From an uncultured Planctomycetaceae bacterium (GTDB lineage: Bacteria; Planctomycetota; Planctomycetia; Planctomycetales; Planctomycetaceae), in assembly GCA_963813715.1 (NCBI GenBank), contig CAWFAK010000007.1, positions 800,001 to 864,000 on the forward strand: DNA of 64,000 nucleotides, given 5' to 3'. Shown one piece after another: positions 1 to 11,940 of this stretch (position 1 is the first letter of the stretch; every line of letters starts with the position of its first letter). The position numbers and the translations under genes were made by a program. The notes beneath the pieces were generated by a model. That model was not told the origin of the DNA. It saw only the letters and a program-made list of their open reading frames with translations, and made no database searches.

Positions 1-468
1 GGTGAATTGCTCGCCGAAGCCGCGCGAGGCGACCTCGGCCAGGATCAGCGCCAGTCCTCGGTAAAACGCCAATCCGGCGAGCGTGACAATGATCGCCGGG
101 ATTCGCAGCACGCGAATCAACAGGCCGTTGTAGGCCGACAGTCCGAAGGCGGTGAGGAAGCAGGCGGCAAAGCAGCCATAAGGGCCGACGCCCCGCGCGT
201 AGAGCACGCCGAAGACGGTCCCCGCCACACCCAGGATTGAGCCCACCGACAGATCCATCGCGCCGCAGCAGATGATGCCCGTTTGCCCGAGCGCGGCCAG
301 AATCGTGGGGGCAACGTTGGGCGCGATGTGCCGCGCTTCGTCGGCAAACGAGGCCCCAGTCACGGTCGCCCGCCACCAGATGAAGCCCAGCAAAAGCGCA
401 TCGGCCGCGACGAGAAACACGATCCGCCGCCGCACCGATTTCGGCATCCGCCGCCAGAAGGAGCGCAT
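1..468 (-). CDS. Sugar ABC transporter permease (RbsC-like), N-terminal part, frameshifted, runs off the window
   Basis: Hydrophobic translation with motif ALGQTGIICCGAMDLSVGS typical of the RbsC family; lies downstream of an ABC ATPase. Confidence 0.75.
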   Translation of the reverse strand, partial: MRSFWRRMPKSVRRRIVFLVAADALLLGFIWWRATVTGASFADEARHIAPNVAPTILAALGQTGIICCGAMDLSVGSILGVAGTVFGVLYARGVGPYGCFAACFLTAFGLSAYNGLLIRVLRIPAIIVTLAGLAFYRGLALILAEVASRGFGEQFT

Positions 469-499
469 CAGTTCGCCCCCGGTGGGATGCTAATTGAAT

Positions 500-583
500 G
501 GGTGGCACTGGCGGCTTGTCCGCCAGTGGTCTTTTTCGTGCGCCAAGACGAAGACACTGGCGGACAAGCCGCCAGTGCCACCC
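500..583. repeat. REP-like palindrome pair
   Basis: gggtggcactggcggcttgtccgccagtg (500-528) and its exact reverse complement (555-583), intergenic. Confidence 0.8.
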
Positions 584-634
584 GGAAGAAGCGTGCCACC
601 CGAATCGGCGCGTGTGCTGTTAACGACGCGATGC

Positions 635-2172
635 TCATGATCGACGCGCCTGCACCGCGCCTTCCGCGCCGCGCGAATAGAGGCCGGAAGCCGCGAGGAT
701 CACGTTGTGCGCCGTCATGGCCGGGCCGCTGAGCTCGGTCTCGATGGTGCCGCGATTCATCACCAGGATGCGGTCGCTCATGCCGACGACTTCGCCTAGA
801 TCGCTGGAGATGAACAGAATGGCTTTGCCGCGGGCGGCCAGCTGATCGATGAGAGCGTGAATCTGCGCCTTGGCGCCGACGTCGACGCCGCGCGTTGGCT
901 CGTCGAGGATCACCACACGAGGATCGCGTTCGAGCCAGCGGGCCAGAAGCGCCTTCTGCTGATTGCCGCCGCTAAGGGTGGCAATCGGTTGCTGTGGGCC
1001 CGTCGCGCGAATGGCATATCGCTCGATGACCTCGCGAACACGGGCTCGCTCCAGTCGCCTCTGGATCATGCCCCAGCGGGTGAGCTGATCGGAGAAGCCG
1101 ATGCCAATCGCGCTTTCCAGGGAGTGGTCGAGCACGAAGCCTTGCCGCTTGCGCTCTTCGGGAATGTAGACCAGGCCCTGCTCAAGAGCATCGCGCGAGC
1201 GGCGCGGCGACCAAGGCTCACCGGCGACGGTCATGCGACCGCCATCGAGCGAATAGAGCCCATAAACGGCGCGGGCCAGTTCGGAGCGGCCGGCGCCAAC
1301 CAGTCCCGCCAGGCCGACGATTTCTCCCGCGCGCACCGACAGACTCGACGTCGTGAAACAGGCCACGATGCGAAACGCCTTCCAGTTCGAGCAGCGGCGA
1401 TCCGAGCGTGCGGCCGCGCGTCCGTGGATACACCTGCTCGAGCGGCCGGCCGACCATGTCGAGCACGAGCCGGCCGGCGTCGATGTCCGCCGTGCGATGC
1501 ACGGCCACGAGCGCGCCGTCTCGCAGTACGGCGATGCGGTCGGTCAGCTCGAAGATCTCGTCCATGCGATGCGACACGTACAGAATGGCGACCCCTTGCT
1601 CTCGCAGACGTCGCAGATGCGTGAAGAGTCGCCGCACTTCCGGCTCGCTGAGGCTGGCCGTCGGCTCGTCGAGAATGAGGAGCCGGGCCCGCCGCGCGAC
1701 GGCGCCCGCGATGCCGATTTCCTGCTTCTCGGCCGCGGTCAGCTCCTCGACCATGCGGTGGGATTCGATGGCGACGCCGAACTGCGTCAGGCGACGACTG
1801 GCCTCGGCATGCAGGGCCCGCCAATCGACACCGCCCCAAGCTCGCCGGGGCCAGCGCTCGCCGAGCATCAGGTTCTCGGCAACCGACAAGTGCGGAAAGC
1901 ACTCCAACTCCTGCTGCACGGCCGCGATGCCAGCTCCCAGCGCGTCGCGCGGGGAAGCGAACGAGACCGCTGCTCCGTTCAGACAGATGGTTCCCGCGTC
2001 GGGCGATTGGACGCCGCTGAGCAACTTGATCAGCGTCGACTTGCCCGCTCCGTTCTCGCCGACGAGCCCCAGGATCTCGCCTGCCTCGAGCGTCAGGTCG
2101 ATGCCCTTGAGCGCGGCCACGCCGGCGAATGATTTGGCGAGACCCGAAAGCCTGAATTAGGGAATCGGCCAT
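635..2172 (-). CDS. Sugar ABC transporter ATP-binding protein (RbsA/MglA-like, two ABC domains), frameshifted
   Basis: Walker A GENGAGKST, Walker B LILDEPT, second domain LSGGNQQK...LDEPTRGVDVGAK, split across ORFs 1218-2120 and 635-1366. Confidence 0.9.
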
Positions 2173-2174
2173 GG

Positions 2175-3195
2175 TCAGTCTGGATCAATCCGCGGTCGCC
2201 TGGGGGACTTCTGCCGCGGGGAATCGTTCACGAACCCCGCAACTTGGAGCGATCGGCCGCCATGGCCACGGCTCCGTGCACCACGACCTCCTCGCCCAGG
2301 CGCGGGGCGAGGATTTCGTACGAATCGCGAAGCGGTCGAAAGACGTAAGTGTGAGCGTAGCGACGCACGCGGCTCGAAAAAGAGGGCTTCGCCCGCCAGC
2401 GACACGCCGCCGCCCACGATCACCGCTTCGACGGCCGTGAACGTGATAACCTGCGCGATGGCCCAGCCGAGTGCGCGGCACGCGAGATCCATCGCCCCGA
2501 CGGCCAGCGTGTTGCCGGCGGCCGCTTCCTCGGCGACGACCTTCGCGGTGAGCCGCTGGAAATCGCCCGCGCAGCGCGCTGAGCAGCCGGGCCGCGTGGG
2601 GATCGTCACCAGGCGCGGCTGCCAATGCGGTGCGGATCGACGCTTCGATGCCCGGACCGCTGGCGAGCGATTCCACGGTCTGGCTCGGCTCGGTCGCGTC
2701 GAGGCCGGGCCGCAGGTGACCGATCTCGGCGATGGCCGGGCGATCGGAGCCGTAAAGCGTGCCGCCCAACACCAGGCCGCCGCCGACGCCCGTGCCGACC
2801 GTCACGTAAAAGACGCTCCGCTTGTCGCGGCCCGCGCCGAAGCGGGCTTCCGCCAGCGCGGCCATGTCGCAGTCGTTGCCCAAATACGTCGGCACGCCAA
2901 ATTGCTCGCGTGCACCAGGCGGCCAGCGGAAAGTTGTCCCACCCCTCGACCTGGTGGCTCGTCGTCACGATGCCGGCCGACGCGTTGATCGGGCCGCCGA
3001 AGCCGAACCCGATCGCCTGAATGGGGAACTCGGCGAACAACTGTCGCCCCGTCTCGCGCGATTTGCTCGCGGATGGCCTTGCGCCCCGCGGCGGGCGTCG
3101 ACGTCGAGGCGGCGAAAGCCGGCGAACGGAGGCCCCGTGCCGTCGCCCACGCCCAACTGCAGCTTCGTCCCGCCGATTTCGATTCCGAGAAACAT
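2175..3195 (-). CDS. ROK family sugar kinase (glucokinase-like), several frameshifts
   Basis: MFLGIEIGGTK, GFGFGGPI, NDCDMAALAEARFGAG, VTVGTGVGGG, EIGHL, VIVGGGV across consecutive frames. Confidence 0.85.
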
Positions 3196-3298
3196 CGTCC
3201 GGTGTGCGCTTGGAGTCTGGAGAAAAGTGAGAAAACATAGAGCGAAACAAGAATCGAAGAACCGGCGGGCTGATCCGCCGCAGCGGACCGCTCGCCCG

Positions 3299-3835
3299 TC
3301 AGGTCTCGCCCGCGTAATGCAGCAGCGAAAAGACCTCGACCGGAGCCAGGCGTTCGCGGGCTTTGAGGAAGTCGAGCTCGATGATGAACGCGGCCCCGAC
3401 GACCACGCCGCCGACCTGCTCGACGATTTTGATGCAGGCCTCCATCGTGCCGCCGGTGGCCAGCAAGTCGTCGACCATCAGCACCCGCTCGCCGCGCGAG
3501 ATGGCGTCGCTGTGCATTTCGAGCGCGTCGGTGCCGTATTCCAACTCGTAGCGAAACGACAGCGTGTCGAAGGGCAGCTTGCCCGGCTTGCGTATCGGGA
3601 TGAACCGGGCCTGCAGGCGCAAAGCCAGCGGAGCGGCGAAGATGAACCCCCGCGCCTCGGCTGCCAGCACCGAATGGATGCGTGCGTCGCGATAGTGGTC
3701 GGCCAACGCGTCGATCGCGTGTTGAAACGCCTCGGGGGCAGCCAACAGCGGCGTGATGTCGCGAAACAAAATCCCCGGCTTGGGAAAATCGGGAATGGAC
3801 CGGATGTAGCTTTTCAGATCGAGGGCCGCGTTCAT
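3299..3835 (-). CDS. apt: Adenine phosphoribosyltransferase
   Basis: [50 protein letters not shown]. Confidence 0.95.
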   Translation of the reverse strand: MNAALDLKSYIRSIPDFPKPGILFRDITPLLAAPEAFQHAIDALADHYRDARIHSVLAAEARGFIFAAPLALRLQARFIPIRKPGKLPFDTLSFRYELEYGTDALEMHSDAISRGERVLMVDDLLATGGTMEACIKIVEQVGGVVVGAAFIIELDFLKARERLAPVEVFSLLHYAGET

Positions 3836-5520
3836 GGACTCCCTTGGCCGGACGGTTTGGAAGCAGCCGGTTTCGACGCGGGCGCCGGCGTCGCATTCGG
3901 CTGCGTTAAATTCGAGTGCGTCGAATTCACGTTCGTCAGATGGTGGCGGGCCCGCTCGACGTCGGCCGCGGCGTGCGGGTCGTCCGCGTAGAGGGCAATC
4001 ACGCCGTTCCAGATACTCTGGGCTTCGGGCAGTTTGCCGTCGGCCGCCAGCTTGTCGGCCCGGTCCAATGCGTCGTCGACGAACGACAAGTCCCGCGGAT
4101 GTTGTTCGTTCCGCGCCCGCAGCTGGTCCAGCAGCTTTTCGACGCGCGTACGTTCGGGGCTGTCGTCGGGCAGCAAGGCGGCAAAGGCGGCCAGCGTCCG
4201 TTCGGCTCCCGGCATGTCGCCGTCGTCGTGCTGATGGCGGGCCAGCGTGATCACGCGCTCGACCTCCGAGCGCGGCTCGCGTCGCCAGGCGCTCAGCTCC
4301 CCGCTCGCTTCCTCGCCCTGCTCGACGCTGCGGAGGCGAGCATTCACCACTCCGTAGACGATGATGAAGAGCGCGACTGCGAACAGGCCCAGGAGCACCC
4401 ACGTGTTCTCAAGCAGCCGCCGCAGAATGCCGCGTCGCTGCTCGCCTTCGATCTCGGCGCGAAACAGATCGCGCATCAGCGTGCCGTGGCCGCCCGACGC
4501 GGCCGAGCGGCCGGAACCCGATTGGCCGGCGGCGTTGAAGGTCGAGGCGTCCTCCTGCACGCCGTGCCCCATCGTCAGCTCGCCGGAGGAGACTTCGACC
4601 TTGCGGATGACCTCCTGCAGGCGGCGATTGACGACGAAGGCGTCGGCCGGCCGCTTTTCGGGATCTTTCTCCAAGAGCTGGCAGACAATGTCGTCGAGCC
4701 AGTAGGGAATGTCGGGGACGATGGTCCGCGGCCGGTCGAACTGGCTGTACTTGTGCTTGTGGATGACGTCGAGCGTCGTTTTGCCCGTGAAGGGCGGTCG
4801 CCCCGTGAGCATCACGTACATCACCGCGCCGAGCGAGTAGAGATCGCTGCGCCTGGTGATCCGCCGACCCTGCCCCTGCTCGGGAGACATGTACTCGGCC
4901 GTGCCGATGATGCCGCCGGTGACCGTCAGCTTCGAGCCGGCAAAGACCTGCGCGACGCCGAAGTCAGTGAGCTTGATGTCTCCGTCGGGCGTCAGCAGCA
5001 GGTTCGAGGGCTTGAGATCGCGGTGAATGATCCCCGCGTCGTGCGCGCTTTCGAGCGCCAGGCAGATCTGGATCGACAAGTCGATCACTTCCCGCCACGG
5101 AATCCGCTTCTCGCGCCGCAGCCGGGCGGTGAGCGTCTCGCCCGGCACGTATTCCATCGCGTAGTAGTACATCTCGCCGTCGACGCCGTGGTCGAACAGC
5201 TCGACGACGTGCGGGTTCTTCAGCTTCTGCAGCGCGTCGATCTCCCGCATGAAGCGGGCGACCAGCCCCTCCTCGCGGGCCAGCGACGGCGACAGCAGCT
5301 TGAGCGCGACGATCCGGCCGGTCTGCTCGTGACTGGCCAGGTAGACCGTCCCCATGCCGCCCGCGCCGAGCTTGCGCTCGACCAGATACGGCCCGATTCG
5401 GCTCGGTTCGGTGCCGACAGGAGTGGGGGAGGACACGCGGTTTGTGCCTGGCTTGAGGGTGGGCGAAACGCGAATCTCGCCGGCCGGCAGGCACAGCCTG
5501 CCAACGCGGACAGCGCACAA
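3832..5520 (-). CDS. Hanks-type Ser/Thr protein kinase with TM segment and helical C-terminus (start uncertain)
   Basis: [43 protein letters not shown] segment [19 protein letters not shown]. Confidence 0.92.
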   Translation of the reverse strand: MCAVRVGRLCLPAGEIRVSPTLKPGTNRVSSPTPVGTEPSRIGPYLVERKLGAGGMGTVYLASHEQTGRIVALKLLSPSLAREEGLVARFMREIDALQKLKNPHVVELFDHGVDGEMYYYAMEYVPGETLTARLRREKRIPWREVIDLSIQICLALESAHDAGIIHRDLKPSNLLLTPDGDIKLTDFGVAQVFAGSKLTVTGGIIGTAEYMSPEQGQGRRITRRSDLYSLGAVMYVMLTGRPPFTGKTTLDVIHKHKYSQFDRPRTIVPDIPYWLDDIVCQLLEKDPEKRPADAFVVNRRLQEVIRKVEVSSGELTMGHGVQEDASTFNAAGQSGSGRSAASGGHGTLMRDLFRAEIEGEQRRGILRRLLENTWVLLGLFAVALFIIVYGVVNARLRSVEQGEEASGELSAWRREPRSEVERVITLARHQHDDGDMPGAERTLAAFAALLPDDSPERTRVEKLLDQLRARNEQHPRDLSFVDDALDRADKLAADGKLPEAQSIWNGVIALYADDPHAAADVERARHHLTNVNSTHSNLTQPNATPAPASKPAASKPSGQGSP

Positions 5521-5677
5521 AGCGGTCCGGTGCTGGTCGAGCTTCGTCCATGATGCCAGAATTGGAGGGGGTTGTCACATCCCGACGAGTTTCCGCCGCA
5601 GTCCCCGCTGAGTGTTTCGAGGTGGCGTTTTCCGCGCTGGCGTTTCCGAGGTGGAGTTTCCCGTGCGACGCGAATCA

Positions 5678-6070
5678 ATGCCCGAGCCTACGCCGGCAGA
5701 AAAGACCGCCGCGCTGCTCATCGCCCACGGCAGCCGCCGTCCCGAGGCCAACCGCGACCTGGTCGACCTAGCCGTAGCGATTCGCGGCCGCACGCACTAC
5801 CCGATCGTCGAAGTGGCCTATCTCGAAGTCGTCGAGCCGACGATTCCGCAAGGTGCCCGCCGGTGCGTCGAGCAGGGAGCCAGTCGCGTGTTGATGCTCC
5901 CCTACTTCCTTTCGGCCGGAGCGCACGTGGTGGAGGACTTGGAGCGGATTCGCGCGGACCTCGCGCTCGAATTTCCCGCGGTGCAATTCGCCCTCTGCCA
6001 GCCGCTGTCGCTGCATCCGCTGCTGATCGAGATTGTCGTTGAGCGATTGAAGGAAGCCGAGTTGCAGTAA
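5678..6070 (+). CDS. CbiX/SirB family chelatase (short form)
   Basis: LLIAHGSRR, VAYLE, PYFLSAGAHV, PLSLHP motifs. Confidence 0.88.
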   Translation: MPEPTPAEKTAALLIAHGSRRPEANRDLVDLAVAIRGRTHYPIVEVAYLEVVEPTIPQGARRCVEQGASRVLMLPYFLSAGAHVVEDLERIRADLALEFPAVQFALCQPLSLHPLLIEIVVERLKEAELQ

Positions 6071-6439
6071 TTGCCGGGGGTGGTGCTGCTGGCTGGAGTC
6101 GGCGTCCGCGTGTCCCAGGAAGCCCGCATCGGGCGCGGGGAGTACGCCGCCCCAACTACCTAACCGGCAACCGCGCGGGCGACGAAAAACGCGCGTCACT
6201 GGGCGGCAGAAACACCCCTCCCAACGCGGACAGCGCCCGAAGCGTCGCGCGCCTGAAATTCGCGGAGGCTGCGGAAGCTGGATAAACAGGTCTTATTGGG
6301 TAAGGGCTCCGGCCCTTTGACTGCAGGGATTTTCGAAAAAAAACGTTTACGCACCCAACTTTCTCGTTCAGGCGCGAACGATTGGTAGCCGAAGGAGAGC
6401 GATAGGGTCCTCATCGTCGGCTCATTCGGACGCGGAAAT

Positions 6440-7027
6440 ATGAACGTGCACTGGTCGGAATCAGACATCGCTACCTACCGGATCGAAACCGTTCAGGCCA
6501 AGCCTGCGGAAATCATCTCCGATATCTTGCGGTCGGCTCATCGCATCCGCGGCGTGCTCGCGGCTCACTTCGCCGAGTTCGGGCTGAGCAACGCGCGGTT
6601 CGCCGTGCTGCAGATCGTGCGCGACGCGTTGCCGCGTGGCTGCACGCAGACGGAGCTGGCCGAACGCCTGCAGCAATCCGAGTCGAGCGTCAGCACGCTG
6701 GTGGACCGCATGCGGGCCGCCGACTTGCTGTATCGCCTCCGCTCGAAGTCGGACCGTCGCAAGTGTCTGCTCGTGCTCACCGATCACGCCCGTGAGACGC
6801 TCGATAAACTCGAGGTCTGTCATCACGAGCGGATGGCCGAGCTGTTGAGCTGTTACAAGACCGAGCAGCTCCGCGATCTGACCGTGCTGCTGAAGATTTT
6901 GGACAGCGAGCTGACGCGACGCGAGCTGGCCGGCACCGATCCGCCCACGCCGGTCGCCTCCGCCGTCATTCCCCATCCTCGACTCACGGTCGAGTCCGCG
7001 GAGCAGACGCTGCGTCCCACCGGTTGA
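6440..7027 (+). CDS. MarR family transcriptional regulator
   Basis: GLSNARFAVL...TQTELAERL...VSTLVDRM...DRRKCLLVLT winged helix. Confidence 0.85.
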   Translation: MNVHWSESDIATYRIETVQAKPAEIISDILRSAHRIRGVLAAHFAEFGLSNARFAVLQIVRDALPRGCTQTELAERLQQSESSVSTLVDRMRAADLLYRLRSKSDRRKCLLVLTDHARETLDKLEVCHHERMAELLSCYKTEQLRDLTVLLKILDSELTRRELAGTDPPTPVASAVIPHPRLTVESAEQTLRPTG

Positions 7028-7047
7028 GCGAGACTGCAAAAAAAGCG

Positions 7048-7078
7048 AAGCCGCGGCACTTACGCCGCGGCTTTTTTT
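7048..7078 (+). terminator. Rho-independent terminator, probably bidirectional
   Basis: aagccgcggc-acttac-gccgcggctt followed by a T run, A run upstream, between convergent genes. Confidence 0.75.
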
Positions 7079-7233
7079 ATTGTCGACTCAGCCAATCCGC
7101 CAGCGACAAAAAACGAGCGAGCACGGCGGAGACAGCAGTCACATCCCGAGCGAACCGCCACGTCCAATTGGGTGATTGACGCGAACCAAGTCGCAGATCA
7201 CCGTAGCCTTGAGCGAGTCTCCCCAACGCCTCG

Positions 7234-7434
7234 TTATTGAGCGTCGATGGAGATGTCCCGCTTCTCGACCTGTTCCCGCTTGATGGCGTCGTAGACTTCC
7301 TGGCGGTGGACGGTAATCTCTTTCGGCGCTTCGATGCCCAAACGCACCTTGTCACCGCGGATCTCGATCACCATAACGGTGATGTTGTCACCGATGATGA
7401 TCTTTTCGTCCTTCTTGCGGCTGAGTACCAGCAT
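7234..7434 (-). CDS. csrA: Carbon storage regulator CsrA
   Basis: [18 protein letters not shown]...[19 protein letters not shown]. Confidence 0.95.
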   Translation of the reverse strand: MLVLSRKKDEKIIIGDNITVMVIEIRGDKVRLGIEAPKEITVHRQEVYDAIKREQVEKRDISIDAQ

Positions 7435-7741
7435 TGCTTTTCCCTGCAATCGGCGAAAACGTGGCGAAACGTGTTGATCAATTTCAACTCCACCAAGCAT
7501 AAACGATGAATTAGGGCATTTGGGGAAGCCGGAGCGGTTTTCCGCCAGCCGCCCCCGACCGGCTGCAAGATATGCGGCTTGTTCCGGGCGTGCCCAAGGG
7601 TCCGGTCGTGGCAAAGCTCGGCAAGTTGCGGGCGGCAGCCGGGACTTTGCTCTGAGAGCTTAAGTCATGCTCGCGAATAGAGATAAGAACGAGTCGATGC
7701 TCGCAGGCGGCCATGCGAGAGTCCCCGCATGAGCCCGGATT

Positions 7742-8440
7742 TTGCCTTGGGGATCGACTTTTGTGGCCGCCTACCTTGTCGGCTCCCTCCCGTTCGGGCT
7801 GTTGATCGCCCGCTACGTGGCGGGGGTCGATATCCGCCAAAGCGGCAGCGGCAACATCGGGGCAACGAACGTCGCCCGGGTGCTGGGCAAGGGATTGGGG
7901 CTCACCGTGCTGGTTCTGGATTGCTTGAAAGGCGCGCTGCCGACCCTCGTCCTCCCCTGGCTTCTGGCCGACGCGGGCGTCCCTCGGCTGCATCTGGCCG
8001 TGCTCGCCGGCACGGCTGCGATCCTCGGCCACATGTTCCCGTGCTGGCTCAAGTTCCGCGGCGGAAAAGGGGTAGCCACCGCGCTGGGAGTGGCACTCGC
8101 CCTGGGACCGATCGCGACGGCCGTCGCCTTCGCCCTCTTCGTCCTGTGCATCGCCCTCACGCGGATCGTGTCGCTCTCTTCGATGCTGGCCGCCTGCACG
8201 TTTTGCGGCGTCGAGCTCTGGCTCTTGCGGCCGACCCCCTTTAACCACGAAACCTGGAGCCTGGCCGCCTTCAGCACGTTGGCTCCGGCGCTGATCATCG
8301 TGCGTCACCGCGCGAACCTGGTTCGGTTGCTGCGGGGAACGGAACCCAGGTTCACGTTCGGCGGGAAAGACAAGGCAGCCGACTCGAAGTCATCCGAGAG
8401 CGACCCACCGCCCAGGCGTCCTGGCGAGCCCTCAGCGTGA
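7742..8440 (+). CDS. plsY: Glycerol-3-phosphate acyltransferase PlsY
   Basis: YLVGSLPFG, DIRQSGSGNIGATNVAR, GHMFP...FRGGKGVAT, RHRANL. Confidence 0.93.
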   Translation: MPWGSTFVAAYLVGSLPFGLLIARYVAGVDIRQSGSGNIGATNVARVLGKGLGLTVLVLDCLKGALPTLVLPWLLADAGVPRLHLAVLAGTAAILGHMFPCWLKFRGGKGVATALGVALALGPIATAVAFALFVLCIALTRIVSLSSMLAACTFCGVELWLLRPTPFNHETWSLAAFSTLAPALIIVRHRANLVRLLRGTEPRFTFGGKDKAADSKSSESDPPPRRPGEPSA

Positions 8441-8630
8441 GCTCGCGGATGTTTCCTCTTCGTATTGGCGTTCCGGCAGCGCACTCTTCGAAAGAGAAAA
8501 AAACACCATCGGGCTGACGCCCGACGCTCGCCGGGGCTCACGTGCGAAGTGGCCGACTGCGAGATTATCGTCCGCCACTGAAAACGCGGAAGCGCTCCCG
8601 AGCGACGCACCAACAGCAGCAGTCTCGCGC

Positions 8631-8864
8631 TCAGCTCACGACGATATCGTTCGTCAGCGTCGTGAATCGGCCGGCCAGGTCGAGTGCGGCGTGGGTGGCC
8701 AGTTGCTTGAGATAGTACGTCGTCGTGCGGCCCGAAATTGTGACGTCGGCCCCGGCCACCGCCACGTTCAACCCGTCAATCCGACCGCCGGTCTTCGATT
8801 GCACCAAACGAGCGATCTGCTCGGCGAGCGATTCCGTCAACCCGCCCCTTACAGAAACGGCCAT
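8631..8864 (-). CDS. Small BON-domain-like protein
   Basis: LNVAVAGADVTISGRTTTYYLKQLA...NDIVVS pattern; RBS-like ggagga upstream. Confidence 0.7.
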   Translation of the reverse strand: MAVSVRGGLTESLAEQIARLVQSKTGGRIDGLNVAVAGADVTISGRTTTYYLKQLATHAALDLAGRFTTLTNDIVVS

Positions 8865-9323
8865 CGTCCTTCCTCCATGTGTTGGACGCGCAATCTCGCC
8901 GCTCCTGCGGCAATCCGCGGCCACTTCTCTCTCGCTTGACTCTGCGTAATTCACGATCGACCCGCTAAAAATTCGCCAAGGGCTCTGGGGCAGAAGCTCA
9001 ACGAGATGTGAGCCGCTTTCGAGCGGGAGACAGAACGCTCTGCGGGGACTTGGCAACCGGCTTGGAACTTAAAAACCCGGCAGGCAATCGGCCGGCAATG
9101 ATCGCACTGGCGGTCCGGCAGACGAAGTTCAATCCCTCCGATGGCAATCGTCTCGGCGTCCACAGGTTGTGGGTCCGCGGCAGGTGTCCACAAACTTTAA
9201 TGACCCCGCCCCCCGTCCGTCAAATCGAACGGCCTCGTTCACCATTTTTGATACCTTCCACACGCAACCCGGGATTCACGACCGCTCGCTATAATCCGGC
9301 TTTCCCAGAGCCCAGGAGCCGCC

Positions 9324-10382
9324 ATGGATCAGCCGTCGCTCGAGTTCCTCAAAGCCCTGCTGCATTCGCCCAGCCCCTCCGGCTACGAGCGGCCCATTCA
9401 GGACGTCGTCCGCAAATTCGTCGAGCCGTTCGCCGCCACCGTCAACACCGACTGGCACGGCAATGTGATCGCCGCCGTCAACCCGGACGGCCGTCCGCGG
9501 ATCATGCTGGCCGGGCACTGCGACCAGATCGGCCTGATGGTCAAGCACATCGATGACAAGGGTTTCATCCGCGTGACGGCGATCGGCGGCTGGGACATGC
9601 AGATGCTCATCGGGCAGACGCTGCACATCTGGACGGCCAAGGGACCCGTCGTCGGGGTCATCGCCCGCAAGCCCATTCACCTCTTGCCGCAGGAGGAGCG
9701 GAAATCGGTGCCCGAGATCAAAGACCTGTGGATCGACATCGGAGCGACCGGCGCGGACGAAGCGCGGGAACTCGTGGCGGTCGGCGATCCGGTCACGCTC
9801 GAGCTGGGCTTCGACACGCTCCGCAACGACATCGTCGCCGGCCCGGGCATGGACAACCGCGTCGGCGTGTGGGTGGTGATGCAGGCGCTCAAGCGGGTCG
9901 CGGCGGCCAAGCCGCAAGCCGCCGTCTTCGGCGTCTCGACCGTCCAGGAAGAAATCGGCCTGCGCGGGGCACAGACCAGCGCGTTCACCGTCGAGCCGCA
10001 GATCGCGATCGCCGTCGACGTCACGCACGCGACCGACTGCCCGACGATCGACGAAAACCAGTTCGGCCGCGTGAAGCTCGGCAAGGGCCCGGTCATCTAC
10101 CGCGGCCCGAACGTCAACCCAATCGTCTTCCAGCGCCTGACCGAGCTGGCCAAACAGCACGAGATTCCCATTCAACCCAACGGCATCTCAGTCCCCGCCA
10201 GCAACGACGCCAACGTGCTGCAACTGACCCGCGGCGGCACGGCCGCCGGCATCGTGGCCATCCCCAACCGCTATATGCACAGCCCGGTGGAGATGGTGTC
10301 CCTGCCCGACCTCGAGCACGCCGCGGCGCTGCTCGCCCATTTTTGCCTCTCGGTAACGCCGACGAGCGATTTCACGCCCTGA
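9324..10382 (+). CDS. M42 family metallo-aminopeptidase (TET/FrvX-like)
   Basis: SPSGYE, GHCDQIG, DNRVG, QEEIGLRGA, AVDVTHA, RYMHSPVE. Confidence 0.93.
   Translation: MDQPSLEFLKALLHSPSPSGYERPIQDVVRKFVEPFAATVNTDWHGNVIAAVNPDGRPRIMLAGHCDQIGLMVKHIDDKGFIRVTAIGGWDMQMLIGQTLHIWTAKGPVVGVIARKPIHLLPQEERKSVPEIKDLWIDIGATGADEARELVAVGDPVTLELGFDTLRNDIVAGPGMDNRVGVWVVMQALKRVAAAKPQAAVFGVSTVQEEIGLRGAQTSAFTVEPQIAIAVDVTHATDCPTIDENQFGRVKLGKGPVIYRGPNVNPIVFQRLTELAKQHEIPIQPNGISVPASNDANVLQLTRGGTAAGIVAIPNRYMHSPVEMVSLPDLEHAAALLAHFCLSVTPTSDFTP
10352..10377 (+). repeat. att-like core, copy 1 (3' end of M42 gene)
   Basis: ggtaacgccgacgagcgatttcacgc; 25/26 identical to 11781-11806. Confidence 0.75.
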
Positions 10383-10431
10383 TGATCCCGCGACCGCCCC
10401 GCACCGGAGGCGTGGACTTTTTCGACACTCA

Positions 10432-11678
10432 TCAAAACACGTCGGGCCGCATGGGACGACAATAATTGTGGACACGCCCGACCACATGAAGAGGTAAGAC
10501 AGCTCGTCATCCAGTAAGACGAACGCCAGGCGCATCTGGGCGTTCAATTGGGTCGGATATTCCTCAAGCGTCGAAATCCTCGCGGAATTCTGCTTTTGCT
10601 TGAGAAGTTTGTTTAAGAGCTTCCCCGTCTCATAGAGCACGTAACGCGCCGCGTTGATTTCATGATCGCCCCCCGCAAGCGCAGGGCGTCCCTTGCGGAG
10701 CCGGAAGTAGTCGTGAGTAGTGCCTTCGAGCGTGACTCCGTAAGAATTCGCCGTGATTCGCTCTTCGAGCGGCCCGAGCTCGATTCCCACGGACGCAAGC
10801 AAGGGCCGCACCGCCGCGATGGCGTAGCGGCCTCGCTCCTCTGCAAGGCGGGCGGTATCGAGGTCAACGACCCGGCCAGAATTTGGATTGAGCAACACGG
10901 CGCCGGGTGAGGCAAACGGCCCCTCGACCGGCTGCCATTTGCTATCAGCAAATGCCTGAGAGACCGCATAGAAATCTCGAAGCATGCTCGCCCGGACGTC
11001 GTCCGAAACGAAGTTGAAAAAGCCCAGCTTTTGCAACTCGTCGATAAACTGTCGGCTGTCCATGATCGGGTTTTCCGGCGGCTTGGCCAGATTCCGAGTT
11101 CGAGATCGCCGCGCGGCCGGCAGCGGATGGGCCGCAAGAAATGCTTCAAACTTTTCCTCCATCAGCCGCTGGAATGACTCGTAACATTCAGCGCCGGGCA
11201 CCCAGAACGCAAAGAAAGCGGCCTGCCACTCGTGGGCCTGCGGCTTAATGAGAGGATTGAGCAAATATCTGCCGTCGTTGTCCTCGCTGATTTGAACGAC
11301 GGACGAGAGATGGGAATCGGGCAGTTCGCCCGGATTGGCGTCGGCCTCAGGCTGAGCGGATCCGGTAGACCAAATGGCGGGAGTTTCGGGATCGACCTCG
11401 GCCAGCAGTCGGATTTCTTCGACAGGCCATAATCGCGTCGGACCGACAGTGCCCTCCAACCACCATCCATTGCTGACTTTCAAAAACTGCCGATAAGAGT
11501 CCGGCAGTTGCAGCTTCAGCCTGTGCTCTGCCTGGGCGATCGCGGTTTCACTGGCTGGAGGAAAGCCTGCCCACTTGTGCGTCGCGCCGTCCGCAGCCAG
11601 GAGATGCGAATACTCGCCCGATGCGATCATCGCATCGCTCCACTGCTTCAGAACTTTTCGCCAATCAAACTTCGGCAC
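10432..11678 (-). CDS. SMI1/KNR4 (SUKH) domain protein with C-terminal extension; ends approximate
   Basis: PASETAIAQAEHRLKLQLPDSYRQFLKVSNGW is the SMI1/KNR4 signature; an alternative frame ends ...RPMRPDVF* at 10432. Confidence 0.8.
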
Positions 11679-11780
11679 GTTCGCTCGCCATGGAACGCGT
11701 GTTCGGAGCGACAGCCATTCTGTCGGAGACTCATTGCCAATGGTAGACCCGGGCGGGTGGCCGGGACTCACGAGGAACTG

Positions 11781-11806
11781 GGTGACGCCGACGAGCGATT
11801 TCACGC
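11781..11806 (+). repeat. att-like core, copy 2
   Basis: ggtgacgccgacgagcgatttcacgc, direct repeat of the M42 3' end. Confidence 0.75.
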
Positions 11807-11940
11807 TGGTAATGCCCAGGTGAAATTGGGTCAATCTGGATCCCCTATATCAAGTTGGAGCGTACCGACCCGATTTTGATCCTTGCGCCCTCGGTTGGAC
11901 TCGCCAGCACGAGCCGGCGCGTCCCGTCCCAGCCGCGGAA

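Noticed and set aside
8422..8533. Degenerate REP-like pair after plsY
   Set aside because: The left arm is too degenerate to support confidently
10188..11834. 548-aa ORF overlapping the M42 gene
   Set aside because: Read-through is likely an indel artefact; an alternative frame stops at 10432
11830..11880. Possible degenerate left-arm site (aatct...gacccgatttt)
   Set aside because: Subsite match and spacing are too weak
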